From assembly GCF_006345805.1 (NCBI RefSeq), contig NW_021834008.1:1-51796 (forward strand): a DNA stretch of 51,796 bases, read 5' to 3'. Origin of the DNA: Octopus sinensis (taxonomy: Eukaryota). A program made the position numbers and the translations under genes. Below are positions 23,371 through 35,876 of the stretch, in pieces (position 1 is the stretch's first letter; the number at the start of each line of letters is the position of its first letter). Below the pieces are notes generated by a model, which made no database searches, had not been told where the DNA came from, and worked only from the letters and a program-made list of their open reading frames with translations.

Positions 23371-24049
23371 AACAGCCAATAAAAAGCAGTTCAATCTTAC
23401 TGAAAGAAACAAGGTGTATAATGTAGTTCAAAATACATATTTTCAAGGTAAAATTAGAATATGCTAGGTTAATAAAATTTCATCTGAGATTAAGCAACAT
23501 TATACCTAACATGTCTCCACTAGATATCCTACTTTTAGTCTTTACAACATTTAACTCTAAAAACTCAAAATATATATAAATGCTGTCAATGTTTGAAGTA
23601 TTCGTATTTTTATAGCTGAGACTCATCACAAGTTATTGAAAGAATGAGCAAAAAAAAAAAACAGCTACAGAGATTGTCAGAATATGTAATATTTAGTTAC
23701 AGAAATAGTTCCTTTGTTTTTATAATATTTACATGGTACACAAGTTGTACATAGCATTTAATAAAAATTGTTTGTAATGTTTCTTGTGATTATATAAAAC
23801 AAAAATTAAATTTAAAAAAAGCATCATCAACTGAAATAATCCCAAGTTTTTACTGATGTGTAAAGTCCCTGAACCATATATATTGTAGCAATGAGTTTCT
23901 ACATTCTCTCTGTTTGGAGCAAACAGACTAACCACTGTTTTTAAATTACCACATTAGACAGACTGACGTTGTATGCAATACTTAATGAGTATTAGGATTA
24001 CAGCAGCTGGCCAAAAGAAAACTACATAAATACTTCACATTTAAATATA

Positions 24050-25180
24050 CGAGGGTTGACTGAAAAGTTCATAGGCTAACCAAGATTACTCCCATGGAAT
24101 GCAACCAAATAAGGTCTAGTTTTCAACATAGTCTCCACCTGCAGTCCACACACTTCTACCATCAGTGTTGCAGTACTTGGATCCCATTGCTGAAGAAGCT
24201 TTCATCCTGTTAATCAAAAAAGTCATCAACAGCTGTAAGACATTACTGTGATACTGGTTCCCAGCCAAGTGTTTTTTTCACATTGGGGAAAAGATAATAG
24301 TCAGATGGGGCCAAATCAGAAGAATATGGAGGGTGATCAGCTAGTTCAAAGTCACAGTCATGCACACTAGCCATTGAAACCAAGGACTTCTGTGCTGGGA
24401 CATTATCTTGATGAAACATAAACCCTTTTGTCAGTTTTCCAGGGAATTGGTCCTTTCATAACTGCCACAGCAAGTTGGCATAGCACTGTCTATTGATGGT
24501 GTGGCCCTTCTGAAAATAATCAATAAACACAATGCCTTTTGCATCCCCCAAAATTGAGGCCATCACCTTCTCTGCAGATGACACAACCTTGGCATCCTTT
24601 GGAGCTAGTGAAGAGGGGTGTTTCCTTTGAATGGATTATCTCTTTGTCTCTGGTTCAAAGTGATGAACCCAACATTCATCTTAGGGTTAGGAAATGTTCA
24701 AAGAAACTAGCTGGATCTGCTTCAAACATTCGTCAGATTTTATTAGGATGTTATCAGCCTGGTGAGCTTTTGATTAGGTATCAGGAGACATGGCACCTAC
24801 CAAGCAGAAACTTTCATCATACCAAGTTCATTGTGCAAAATATTCTCAACTCTCTCACGGAATATGCCAATAGAATTGGCTATTTTATTTATAGTCAATC
24901 TCCTTTCATCCATCACCATGTGGTGAACACAATCAATGTTTTCCTTGGTGGCAGCAGTTGCAAGACAGCCAGACCTTGGGTCATCTTCAAGACTCTCCAT
25001 TCCTGTCCTAAATTAGGCTACCCACTTTTGCAAAGTTGATAAAGATGGAGCATAATCCCTTAATGTAGCAACCATGTCAGCAATGTAAACATGAATGTCC
25101 TTGGGGGTGCTAAGCCCTTTTTCTACAGGTACTTGATAACATCACAATGCCAAATTTTATCCATTTTCAAGAGAAGTTAC
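24050..25180 (-). mobile_element. Mariner (DD34D-type) transposase pseudogene with one recognisable TIR
   Basis: TA|CGAGGGTTGACTGAAAAGTTC at 24050; SLEDDPRSG...ERRLTINKIANSIGI...ILHNELGMMKVSAW; HPPYSSDLAPSDYYLFPNVKKHLAG. The other TIR was not found. Confidence 0.88.
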
Positions 25181-25200
25181 TTGTAACAGGATGAAAGGTC

Positions 25201-25598
25201 TGTAACACTGGATGGGTGCAGCTCTCATCCTTTACATTAAAATATTAATCGAAGGAAAGAGTCAAGACTTCCGATTAAAATATTTTATTTTTGTATTCGC
25301 AATATATACATTCTTCTTCAGGGCGAATTGGCAGCCTAGGAGCTCGTTGCAGTAGTCAAGTGGAGTGAGCCAAATCCTGTCCGTTCAAGCATAGCGTAGC
25401 AACGCCACAAGGTGTGGCTTGAGAGAGCTGCTAACACATGTCCGTCCTGCTCGGCTGTCAGCATTCGAGACTGATACATGAGAAATTTTGCTGCTGCTAG
25501 TTTTCTGCGCATGTGCATGAGGGAACTTGCGGCAGGCCTCCCAGAAGAGTCCAACTCTGCGCATATGTGCTGAAGATTTCCAAAATGGCGTCACTACA
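25201..25598 (-). mobile_element. Putative 3' LTR of the Gypsy element (398 bp)
   Basis: On the minus strand it begins TGTAGT and ends GTTACA, contains AATAAA, and lies just downstream of the integrase tail. Confidence 0.6.
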
Positions 25599-25699
25599 AT
25601 GCATAACTGTGAATGCAAAAAAAAATAACATACACAAAGTTGTTTTTTTCTTAACAAAATGTCCAAAAGTAAAACATGAAATAGACCAGGAGAAAAAGA

Positions 25700-28600
25700 G
25701 AATGTCAAATATAAATTGTTTTCGAAAGTTTCTTGGGCCAGTGAACAGTTCTGCCTGATCTGGTAACATAAGGTTTGCTCAGGGTACTTTTTGACGATGA
25801 AGGTGGCGTTGTAGGCATTGGTAGAGGCAAAGGTGCCTGTGTAGGTGAATGTGTTGTCAAAGGTGCACAGGTGGGTGTGGCAGCAGTGTCATCGAAAGAT
25901 GTAGACACCTCAAAATATGCTTTTTTTAGTCGGTCCACAGAAGCAGTCTCCATACGACCATTCATCTCGATGGTGAAAACTTTGGGTGAGCGAGAAAGCA
26001 CACAGAAAGGTCCTTTATAAGGAGAAACAAGAGGTCCCTTGACAGAGTTGTCTCGAACAAAAACATGCGACCAAGAGTCCATATATGGTGGAACATGAGA
26101 GGGTTGAGATTGTTCCCTGGAAACCATGGGCGGAAGATTTGAAAAATAGAACAAAGTCTGGTGACATAAGATGCCAGATCATGGAGCTGTGAAGTGTCTG
26201 GCACCAACATCGTACCAGGCAATGCCAGTGTGGTACCATACAGTAGCTCTGCAGAAGAAAAACCCAGGTCTGCCTTGACAGCAGTACGACAACCAAGAAG
26301 CACAATTGGCAGAAATTCAGTCCAAGACTGTGGATCTGCAGAGGCACGAAGAGTGGCCTTGAGCTGTCTATGGAACCGTTTAACTAATCCATTAGAAGCT
26401 GGATGATAACTGGTAGTGTGAATGTGATGCACACCTAGAATACGTGACAATTCATGAAATAACGAAACTTCAACTGACATCCACGATCAGTAGTTAACCT
26501 GGATGGAACTCCGAAACAGGAAATCCAGTTAGAAACAAAAGCTCGAGCAACAGATTCAGCAGAAATATCTGCTATTGGAATGGCTTCTGGCCAACAGGAG
26601 AAGCGATCGACACAGGTTAAAAGATAAGAAAACCTGCGACTCACAGGCCATGGTCCAACCAGATCAATGTGGACATGGTGAAAATGGGCCTCCATATAAA
26701 GAAAGTGTCCAAGCAGAACACGAACGTGCGTTGAATCTTGGACCGTTGGGACTTGGAGCAAGCGCGTGTCCAAGAGGTAATAGTGCGACACATATTCGGC
26801 CAGAAAAAACGAGTAGTGATAAGTTTAAGGGTAGCAGCGATGCCAGGATGCGATAAGGAGTGCAGTGCCTCAAACACTGAGCGTTGATGATTCTCAAGCA
26901 TGAGTGGCCTGGGAGAACCAGTGGAAATATCACAAAGAATAGTACCTTCAGCTGATGGAAGTGGAAGATAGGAAAACAGGCAACAGGAGAACTTAGGTGA
27001 AGTTAAGTCTAACATTGCTCTTGCGAAATGGCAGTTAAGTCAATTGCAACAGGAGACGAAAGACTGGAAGGCGAGAAAGTGTGTCAGCAGGAACATTCTC
27101 TTTCCCAAGTATATGACAAATGTCACTGGTAAATTGTGAAATAAAATCCAAGTGACGGAAAGCACAAGCCGAGAGTTTGTCCGTTTTAGATGACAGGGCA
27201 AATGTAAGAGGCTTGTGATCAGTATAGATCATAAAATCTCGACCTTTGAGTTGATGCTGGAAATGACGATCCGATAGATAGACCGCTAGGAGCTCACGAT
27301 CAAAAGTGCTGTATCGTCGCTCAGCTGGTTACAGTTGGCGAGAAAAGAAAGCCAAGTTGAGTACGATCATCCACTGTGTGTTGCAGCACAGCGCCAATCG
27401 CCATGTTCGATGCATCTACAGTTAAAGAGAGAGAAGCATCAGGAACCGGATGTGCAAGCAAAGGAACAGAAGCTAAATCCTTCTTGATGGACTCAAAAGC
27501 TGTCAGTGCCTCAACGGAGAAGGTGACTTGACCGTCCTTTCTAGGGGTGTCCTTTAATAGCTTGGTGAGAGGAAGTAGCTTATCTGCACAACCGGGAATG
27601 AAACGTCTATAGAAATTGACCATCTCTAGATAATGCTTGAGCTGGCACAAGGAAGTAGGAGGTGCGATGCGTTGAATGGCATCGACGTTTGACGACAGAG
27701 GTCTGATTCCACTCAAATCAATATGATGACCTAGGAAATCTAGAGAAGATTGTCCGAAAACACATTTGTCGGGATTTATGCATATACTATAGGCACGAAG
27801 ACACTGAAAGAGCTGAGACAGGTGCCAGAGATGATTTTCACGGGTGTCACTCGCAATGAGTATTTCATCAACATAAGCAAACACGAAATCAAGACTGCGG
27901 ACAACTTCATCAATGAAACGCTGGAACGTGCTGGTAGCATTCTGTAAACCGAAACTCATGTATAAAAACTCAAAGCACCCAAAAGGGGTGGTAATAGCAG
28001 TTTTTGGAACATCGGCTGGGTAAGATCGACTTTTGAAAAAATGGTACAGCCATGAAGATTCGTTGAAAAATCCTGAAGATTTCTTATTGGGTAGTGATCT
28101 GGTATCGTTACTGCATTGAGGCGTCGATAATCTCCTACCGGGCGAAAATCAGACTCTCCTTTTCACGCCAAGTGAAGGAGAGATGCCCATGGGCTGGTGG
28201 AGGGCGTATCAGGCTAAGTTGGAGCATGTGCTCAAACTTGGTCAGGTGCAAGGCGCTATGGGCGCAAAAAACAGGCGGCCCAGTGGTGGTGACAAAATGA
28301 AGGGTTGAGTGGGCAGTCTTTGCCAGCTGCAAAGTAATGTCCACTAGTTCCGGAAATGAAGCCAAAAGAGAATGAAAGGCGTCTCCAGAGGTGGCAACAA
28401 AAAGTGTCAGGCTAAGAACCGATTTTGGTAGAACCTCTTGTTGGCATGGAGAGCAACGTAATACTGTTGAGAAGCCTCCGATGCCTGACATCTACCAATA
28501 GATTAAAATGATCCAAGAAATCAGCACTGAGAATAGGATGCGGTATGTCAGCGACGACGAAAACCCATTGAAAATCTCAACGAAGATTAATATTGAGGTG

Positions 28601-29400
28601 CAGAGAAATCTGACCGAAGGTAGTTATGGGAGACGAGTCAATGGCATGCCAAACAATGGAAGAACGCTTAGGCTTGTCTGCAGTGAGACGAAGAGGCCAA
28701 ATGCTACAACAAGAACCGGTGTCTACCACGAAGAATTTCTTCGACACCAGATCTTTGACAAAGAATGCACGATTAATAGGAAGAGAAAAGTAAGAAGGTG
28801 CCATGCTCAACTTCTCCGAATTTAGTTTTCCGAAAGTTTGAAACTGCATGGCTGGATGCACTTGTGTGCTTTATCAGCAAATTTGGAATGGTACCAGCAC
28901 AGCCCAGAATGAGGCCCAGAGGCAAGAGAGGCACGAGAAGCAGAGCGACTCTAACTACGTGAATGACGCCTATTTTCCCGGCAAAGCTCGTCCATGCGTC
29001 GTGTCAGCGCATCTATTTTGTCTGATATAGTGTCATGTGACAGAGAAGAGGCTGTCTTGGTGCAAATGCACACGCTGATGGCTGGCCAGAAAATTCCAAA
29101 ATTTTATCTGCCGTTGTGGCAATTTGGTCCACAGTGTTGGACTTAAGGGCTGAATTTTGGCAGGCAACCTAGAGAAGAATATTTTACGAAGCAGAGGCAC
29201 GTCTGCGGAGTTCCCACTTAACTCCCTCAAGCAACGCAAGAATTGTGACAGAGTCCTGTCTCCTAGCTGCTCGTCTGCCATTAGCTCATTAAATCTTTCT
29301 TCTGACAGAGTGTTGCGAAGAATTTCCGCCTTGACAGACGCATATGTAATGAGATCTCTAGCAGATGTGGCGAGTTGAAGAGGCAAGCTACAATAGAGGA
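25700..29400 (-). pseudogene. Ty3/Gypsy gag-pol relic (gag, PR, RT, RH, IN), many stops and frameshifts
   Basis: gag EQLGDRTLSQFLR...IFFSRLP; protease FVVDTGS; RT FGLQNATSTFQRFIDEV...YVDEILIAS; RNase H TVDASNMAIGAVL and YTDHKPL; integrase HVHIDLVGP...CVDRFS, YHPASNGLVKRFH and the GPF motif. Domain order is PR-RT-RH-IN. Confidence 0.95.
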
Positions 29401-29840
29401 GGTGTAACTGCTGAATGGGAGAAAAACCATGAGCCGCAAAATGGGCTTCTACTTGTGCAAACTACAGAGTCGCATGGAACGGACATGTTTGTTTGAGATG
29501 CCTGTCACAGAGAAAGGTAAATGAATGGAAGCAAAATGACGAGAAATGAACAAATAAAATCGAGATCAAACAACTAGCAAACCGACAAAATGTTTGTGGA
29601 CTTGTGTGTGTGTGTGTGTACAAAAGGACAAAAGAAAAAAAATTGTGAGAACAATTTTATTAATCGTGTACTGTGTGCAGAGAGAAAAAATATTTTCTTT
29701 TTTTTTTTTTGTACCCACCTTCATCGCTCTGAAAAGGGAAAAGGAATGAAATAAGGAGAGAAAAAAATGAAACAAGGAAAACCAAATTATCAATGTGTGT
29801 GTGCGCTAACGTATGTGAGTGTGTGTTTCTTTTTTCTCTC

Positions 29841-29989
29841 TTATCGGTGTTGACACCATGTAGAAAATCAGCAAAATGGCAGAAGAATCAGTTCTGTTCT
29901 GTCAGCATGTGGATGAAAACTGAATGCTTTGGTCACTCAATAAATGGTGGCTGGAAGTGGCTGTTGAATTTTTTCTAGCTGATGTTACA
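29841..29989 (-). mobile_element. Putative PBS and short 5' LTR-like segment of the Gypsy element
   Basis: Minus strand TGTAAC...TTCTACA (29989-29859) is followed directly by TGGTGTCAACACCG, a TGG-initiated PBS-like sequence. Confidence 0.4.
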
Positions 29990-30429
29990 AGCAAAAATAA
30001 CAGTTGCATTGCTGGAAGATGTGTTTTTTCTGCTTGTTGAGACTTTGTTTGTATTCAGTTCAGCCAACTTAAGATAGTGACAGTGGAGAGACATCAATAT
30101 AGTGGTGGCATTGGTGGCGAGAGATAGTGTGACCTGCAGGTTGTATACTAGATGTGAAAATGACAGTGAAATGATTCACAAACAGTACTGTATAAAAACC
30201 TGGGCGAGTTGCTGTGTACGTCTGTTGGCTGGCATGTTCATTTTATACTTGGAATTTCTTCCCTAATTCTACTCTAAATTCCATTATGAGAACAAAGTCA
30301 TTGGCATATAATGGCTCCCAAAGGCAATAAGTCTGAAATTTCTGTTGCAGTTAAGAACTATGATAATCAAAAGGGGGCTGAGAACTGAACTATCTGCACA
30401 CTAAATTTGTAGCTATATTCATTGCCAAT

Positions 30430-30940
30430 TTTCACCTTACTGATATGATAGTGTACCTGAATATGACTTGGATGGCTGTTGCCAACCACTTATCCACCCT
30501 TCATTTCCACATTGACCATCAGATGAGAGAGCAAGGGATCATGTCAAATGCTTTGTCCAGGTCAAGTAAAATGGTTTACTTTTGGGTAAATACTTATCCT
30601 ACAGCCATCTCACTAGGAAGATAGTATCAGTAGTACTTCTCCACAGAACAAAACCAAAATACATCTCATCAAATCCAATTCTATTTATAATAAATTGGTT
30701 AATAGCTCTCTTCATAACTTTTATGACCTCCTTCAGCAATTTGATAGTGCTCAATTACTAGTAAGGCATCTCCTTTACCCTTAGCTGGTTATAACACTAC
30801 AACACCATCACTGATTATGACACATTCCTGTACAATCTGATTTACTTATATGAGTAACTAGGCTATATCCTACCCAAATAGGTTAAGCATTTCAGCTTTG
30901 ATTCCTGAAGGACCGTGGGCTTTTCCTGTATCCTTATTTT
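30430..30940 (-). mobile_element. Decayed RTE RT fragment
   Basis: Minus-strand GKAHGPSGIKAEML...KGKGDA...LDLDKAFD, colinear with the RTE at 33400-33950. Confidence 0.65.
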
Positions 30941-31043
30941 AATTGCATATATATAGAGAGAATTTACAAAAAATCAAAAGATGAAGACAGGTGTGTAAAC
31001 AACAAACAGATGTATTAGTTTAATGCTCAGGAAGTGAGAAAGT

Positions 31044-31079
31044 CTTTTACATTTCGAGCCTACGCTCTTCAACAGAAAG
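31044..31079 (-). ncRNA. Variant minimal hammerhead-like motif in a PLE-type terminus
   Basis: CTTT-CTGTTGA-A-GAGC gtag GCTC-GAAA-TG-TA-AAAG. Stems I and II pair. The core has A6U and an extra A. Confidence 0.4.
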
Positions 31080-31368
31080 GAACACAGAAATAAACAGGGA
31101 GAGAAAATAGGAAAGGTTTAGTGGCTATTCTTTTATTCTTTTACTAGTTTCAGTCATTTGACTGTGGCCATGCTGGAGCACCACCTTTTTAGTCGAGCAA
31201 ATCGACCCCAGGAATTATTCTTAGTACTCATTCTATCAGCCTCTTTTGCCAAACCATTAAGTTACAGGGACGTAAACACACCACCATCAGTTGTCAAGCA
31301 ATGCTGGAGGGAGGGGGTGACCACAGACATACAAACATATATACACACATACATACATATATAAATAA

Positions 31369-31449
<81 letters not shown>

Positions 31450-32145
31450 CATCATCATCATCATTTAACATCCGCTTTCCATGCTAGCATGGGTTGGACG
31501 ATTTGACTGAGGTCTGGCAAACCAGACTCCAATCTGATCTGGCAGAGTTTCTACAGCTGGATGCCCTTCCTAACACCAACCACTCCAAGACTGTAGTGGG
31601 TGCTTTTACGTGCCACTAGCACGAGGGCCAGTTTGGTGGTACTGGCAATGGCCACACCCAAATGGTGCTTCTTACGTGCCACCTGCAAAGTAGCCAGTCC
31701 AGTGGCACTGGCGACGACCTTGCTCGAATATTTCACATGCCACCAGCACAAGTGCTGGTAAGGCGACACGGTAATAATCACACTAGAATGGTGTGCTTAA
31801 TGTGCCATTGGCACGGAGGCCAGCTTGTTGCTCTGGCAATGATCTCACTTGTATGGTACTCTTAGCACTCCACTAGCAACGGATGCCAGTCACCGAATTT
31901 GATTTCGACTTCGATTTCACTTGCCTCAACTGGTCTTTGCAAGCAGAGTTTAGTGTCCAATGAAGAAAAGGCATGCACAAGTGGACTGGTTACACCCCTA
32001 GCATAGGCCACAAGGTTATGGTTACACTTGCGCTTGTCGAGTCTTCTGCAGCACAGCACATTTCCAGAGGTCCCGGTCACTAGTCATTGCCTCGGTGAGG
32101 CCCAATGTTTGAAGGTCATGCTTCACCCAGGTCTTCCTGGGTCTA
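31450..32145 (-). mobile_element. 5'-truncated RTE 3' end and UTR
   Basis: Reverse complement of agacccaggaagacctgg...gaagcatgaccttcaaac through the tail to (ATG)n. Confidence 0.75.
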
Positions 32146-32171
32146 GCTCTCTCTCTCTCTCTATATATATA

Positions 32172-32337
32172 TAGGACAGGCTTCTTTCAGTTTCCGTCTA
32201 CCAAATCAACTCACAAGGCTTTGGTTGACCCAAGGCTATAGTAGAAGACACTTGCCCAAGATGCCATGCAGTGGGACTGAACCCAAAACCATGTGGTTGG
32301 TAAGCAAGGAACTAACCACACAGCCACTCCTGCACCT
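32172..32337 (-). mobile_element. tRNA-derived SINE
   Basis: Minus-strand ggagtggctgtgtggttagttcc...gggttcagtcccactgcatggcatcttgggcaagtgtcttctactatagcc (A/B-box-like head). Related pieces lie at about 14410-14510 and 18180-18320. Confidence 0.7.
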
Positions 32338-33085
32338 ATATATATAAATTCATGATACTGCATATCATCACATCTGTGTTTGCTTTCTTACAAAAATGAA
32401 TTTTGTTTAACCCTTTAGTGTTCAGATTTATTTGTCAAATGTAATGCTGATCTGTTCACATCAATTTTGATTTATTCAGGTTCAAGTGAGGTGTCCACAA
32501 TATTTGCTTGTAACTTTGTTAATTTTCTACATACAGATTTGAAACTTTGTAAATGGGTGCTTATATGCATGTGGTTTATAGTTACATAACTTTAGCTGAT
32601 CTTTCTGACTAAATTTGACTTTTATGGGCAGGCAAATTTAATTAACAGGTGTAAAAACAATAATATTATGAATAAAAACTAAAATTCATATTCTTAATAC
32701 AACTTACCTGTTTAATTTGTTACTAAAATTATCCCAAATGTCAACTGCCAACAATTTTACATTTTTCAAGATGAGGTACATTAATTTGAATTAATTAAAA
32801 TACAGGTATAATCAGTACAAAATGTTATTCTTTTTCTATATTTCATTCAAACGTCTTCATTGAAAATAAAGTACAAAACTCTTTTACTAGTCAATATACC
32901 ATTAGCTATGTACTCTTATACAATTTAACAAATTCATTTACGTAACAGAATGCATCTAATAAAAGAAATCTCATTAACAGGTGAGACAAAAGTGAATACA
33001 GGTGTGTAACATACAGAAAATTAATATTTCTCACTTTCACATATTATTTATAATAAAATGAAAAGGAATATACAAAATTATATAG

Positions 33086-35876
33086 GGAAGCTAGGAGGCA
33101 GGTGTATTTAGCCAGAGGGGAAGTAGATAAGAAAAAATTTGCCAATGTCCTGCGCCGGGAGGATGAAAGACTTGAGGTATTTCGTGTTGCAAGACAGTGT
33201 GTGAGAGAGAATCGTGATGTGGTAGGAGAGAAATGTGTTCGCAAGGATGACGGTTCACTTGCACTAAATGAGGATGCAAAGAGAGAGGTTTGGAGACGCC
33301 ACTATGAAAGGTTGCTGAATGAGGAAAATGAATGGGATAAAGAGAGTCTGCCGAATGTTGACCCAACAGAGGGACTAGCAATCCGAGTCGACAGTTCCTT
33401 AGTAGTTAAGGCAATTACAGGCATGAAAACAGGGAAAGCCCCAGGCCCATCAGGTATTACTGCAGAGATGCTCAAAATATCTGGTAGTGTCGGCTATAGC
33501 CTACTCACCCGTTTAGTTAACCAGGTGATACACGAAAGAGTCATACCCAATGACTGGTGTAGCAGCATAATAGTCAGCTGCTACAAAGGTAAAGGTGACA
33601 CCCTAGATACAAATAACTACAGGGGTATCAAGCTGTGGGATCAGGTAATGAAGGTTACGGAGAGGGTTATAGCCCAACTAATTAGAGAGAGAATTAGCTT
33701 AGATGAGATGCAGTTTGGGTTCGTGCCAGGAAGAAGTACTACTGATGCTATATTCCTGGTAAGACAGCTGCAGGAGAAATACCTAGCCAAAGATAAGCCC
33801 CTGAACCTGGCTTTTGTTGACATGGAGAAAGTCTTCGACAGGGTTCCCCGATCCCTTATCTGGTGGTCAATGAGGAAACTAGGGATAGATGAATGGTTAG
33901 TTAGAGCTGTGCGAGCCATGTACAGGGATGCTGCTAGTAAGGTGAGGGTTGGCAACGAGTACAGTGAAGAATTCCGGGTAGAGGTCGGGGTCCACCAAGG
34001 TTCAGTCCTCAGTCCCCTCCTATTTATCATAGTCCTCCAGGCAATAACGGAGGAATTCAAGACAGGATGCCCCTGGGAGCTCCTCTATGCTGATGACCTT
34101 GCTCTAATTGCTGAGTCACTATCAGAACTGGAGGAGAAGTTTCAGGTGTGGAAGCAAGGATTTGAATCGAAGGGCCTCAGAATCAATCTAGCCAAAACCA
34201 AAGTCCTAATATGTAGGAAAGTAGACAAGTCACAAACGCCTTCAGGTAGATGGCCCTGCTCGATCTGTAAAAAAAGGTGTAGGTAGAAACTCTATAAGGT
34301 GCACCAAGTGCAAGCTATGGACACATAAGAGGTGTAGCAATATCAAAGGAAGGCTAACTAGGAAAATAGTTTTTGTCTGTGGCAGATGCTCAGGAGCAAT
34401 AAACACTGAAAATGTGCAGAGACCAACGTCTACCATGTTCCAGGGAGAAAAACTAGAAGTAGTTGATAGCTTCCGCTACCTAGGTGACCAAGTCAGTAGC
34501 GGGGGTGGGTGTGCTGAAAGTGTAACTGCTAGAGTAAGAATAGCCTGGGCAAAGTTTAGAGAGCTCTTACCCCTGCTGGTGACAAAAGGCCTCTCGCTCA
34601 GAGTAAAAGGCAGACTGTATGATGCGTGTATACGTACAGCCATGCTACATGGTAGTGAAACATGGGCTGTGACTGCTGAGGATATGCGTAAGCTCGCAAG
34701 AAATGAAGCCAGTATGCTCCGATGGATGTGTAATGTCAGTGTTCAAAATCAACAGAGTGTAAGTACCTTGAGAGAAAAGTTGAACCTAAGAAGCATCAGT
34801 TGTGGTGTGCAAGAGAGACGGCTGCGCTGGTATGGGCATGTGACAAGAATGGGTGAAGATAGTTGTGTGCAAAAGTGCTACACTCTAGCAGTTGAGGGAA
34901 CCTGTGGAAGAGGTAGACCCAGGAAAACCTGGGACGAGGTGGTGAAGCATGACCTTCGAACTTTAGGTCTCACCAAGGAAATGACTAGAGACCGAGACCT
35001 ATGGAAGTATGCTGTGCGTGAGAAGACCCGGCAAGACCAGTGAGAACAGTCAAATCAAACCAAATCAACATCAGTGGAAATTGCAGCTGTGGTTAAGCGA
35101 ACCATCCGATCGTTTGTCCGTTGCCAGCCTCGCCTGGCCCTTGTGATGGTAACACGTAAAAACACCATCTGTTCGTGTCCGTTGCCAGCCTCGCACCATC
35201 CGCTCGTGTCCGTTGCCAGCCTCGCACCATCCGCTCGTGTCCGTTGCCAGCCTCGCCTGGCCCTTGTGATGGTAGCACGTAAAAACACCATCCGTTCGTG
35301 TCTGTTGCCAGCCTCGCCTGGCCCCCATGCCGTTGGCACGTAAAACCACCATCCGCTCGTGTCCGTTGCCAGCCTCGCCTGGCCCCGTGCCGGTAGCACG
35401 TAAAAGCACCATCCGTTCGTGTCCGTTGCCAGCCTCACCTGGCCCCTGTGCCGGTGGCACGTAAAAACACCATCCGTTCGTGTCTGTTGCCAGCCTCGCC
35501 TGGCCCCCATGCCGTTGGCACGTAAAACCACCATCCGCTCGTGTCCGTTGCCAGCCTCGCCTGGCCCCGTGCCGGTAGCACGTAAAAGCACCATCCGTTC
35601 GTGTCCGTTGCCAGCCTCACCTGGCCCCTGTGCCGGTGGCACGTAAAACACCATCCGTTCGTGGCCGTTTGCCAGCTCTGTCTGGCACCTGTGCAGGTGG
35701 CACGTAAAAAGCACCCACTACACTCACGGAGTGGTTGGCGTTAGGAAGGGCATCCAGCCGTAGAAACACTGCCAAATCTGACTGGGCCTGATGAAGCCTT
35801 CCGGCTTCACAGACCCCAGTTAAACCGTCCAACCCATGCTAGCATGAAAAACGGACGCTAAATGATGATGATGATG
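33086..35876 (+). mobile_element. Young 5'-truncated RTE-clade LINE with full RT and PHD-like finger, 6-bp TSD
   Basis: ORF 33102-34286 (KAPGPSG, QFGFVPGRST, HQGSVLSP, YADD) joins the downstream frame ending at 35043 if one A is removed from the A7 run at 34269-34275. It has an (ATG)n tail and ATATAG flanks at 33080-33085 and 35877-35882. No endonuclease domain is present. Confidence 0.93.
35100..35715 (+). repeat. GC-rich 60-61-bp minisatellite in the RTE 3' UTR, with a 182-bp higher-order duplication
   Basis: Unit CCATCCGTTCGTGTCCGTTGCCAGCCTCGCCTGGCCCC(TG)TGCCGGTRGCACGTAAAA. The trimer starting at 35288 repeats at 35470. Confidence 0.92.

Noticed and set aside
25270-25330. Minus-strand CTGAAGA...GAAT as a hammerhead
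   Set aside because: GAAA is absent and there is no stem I or III. It is better explained as part of the Gypsy LTR near its AATAAA.
35100-35715. Regular GC-rich repeats as a CRISPR-like array
   Set aside because: The units are contiguous with no unique spacers, the context is a eukaryotic LINE UTR, and there are no cas genes. The ORFs over it are repeat artefacts.
35788-35812. CTGATGA in the RTE tail as a hammerhead core
   Set aside because: There is no downstream GAAA or cleavage triplet. It is a simple hairpin, and the second copy reads CTAATGA.
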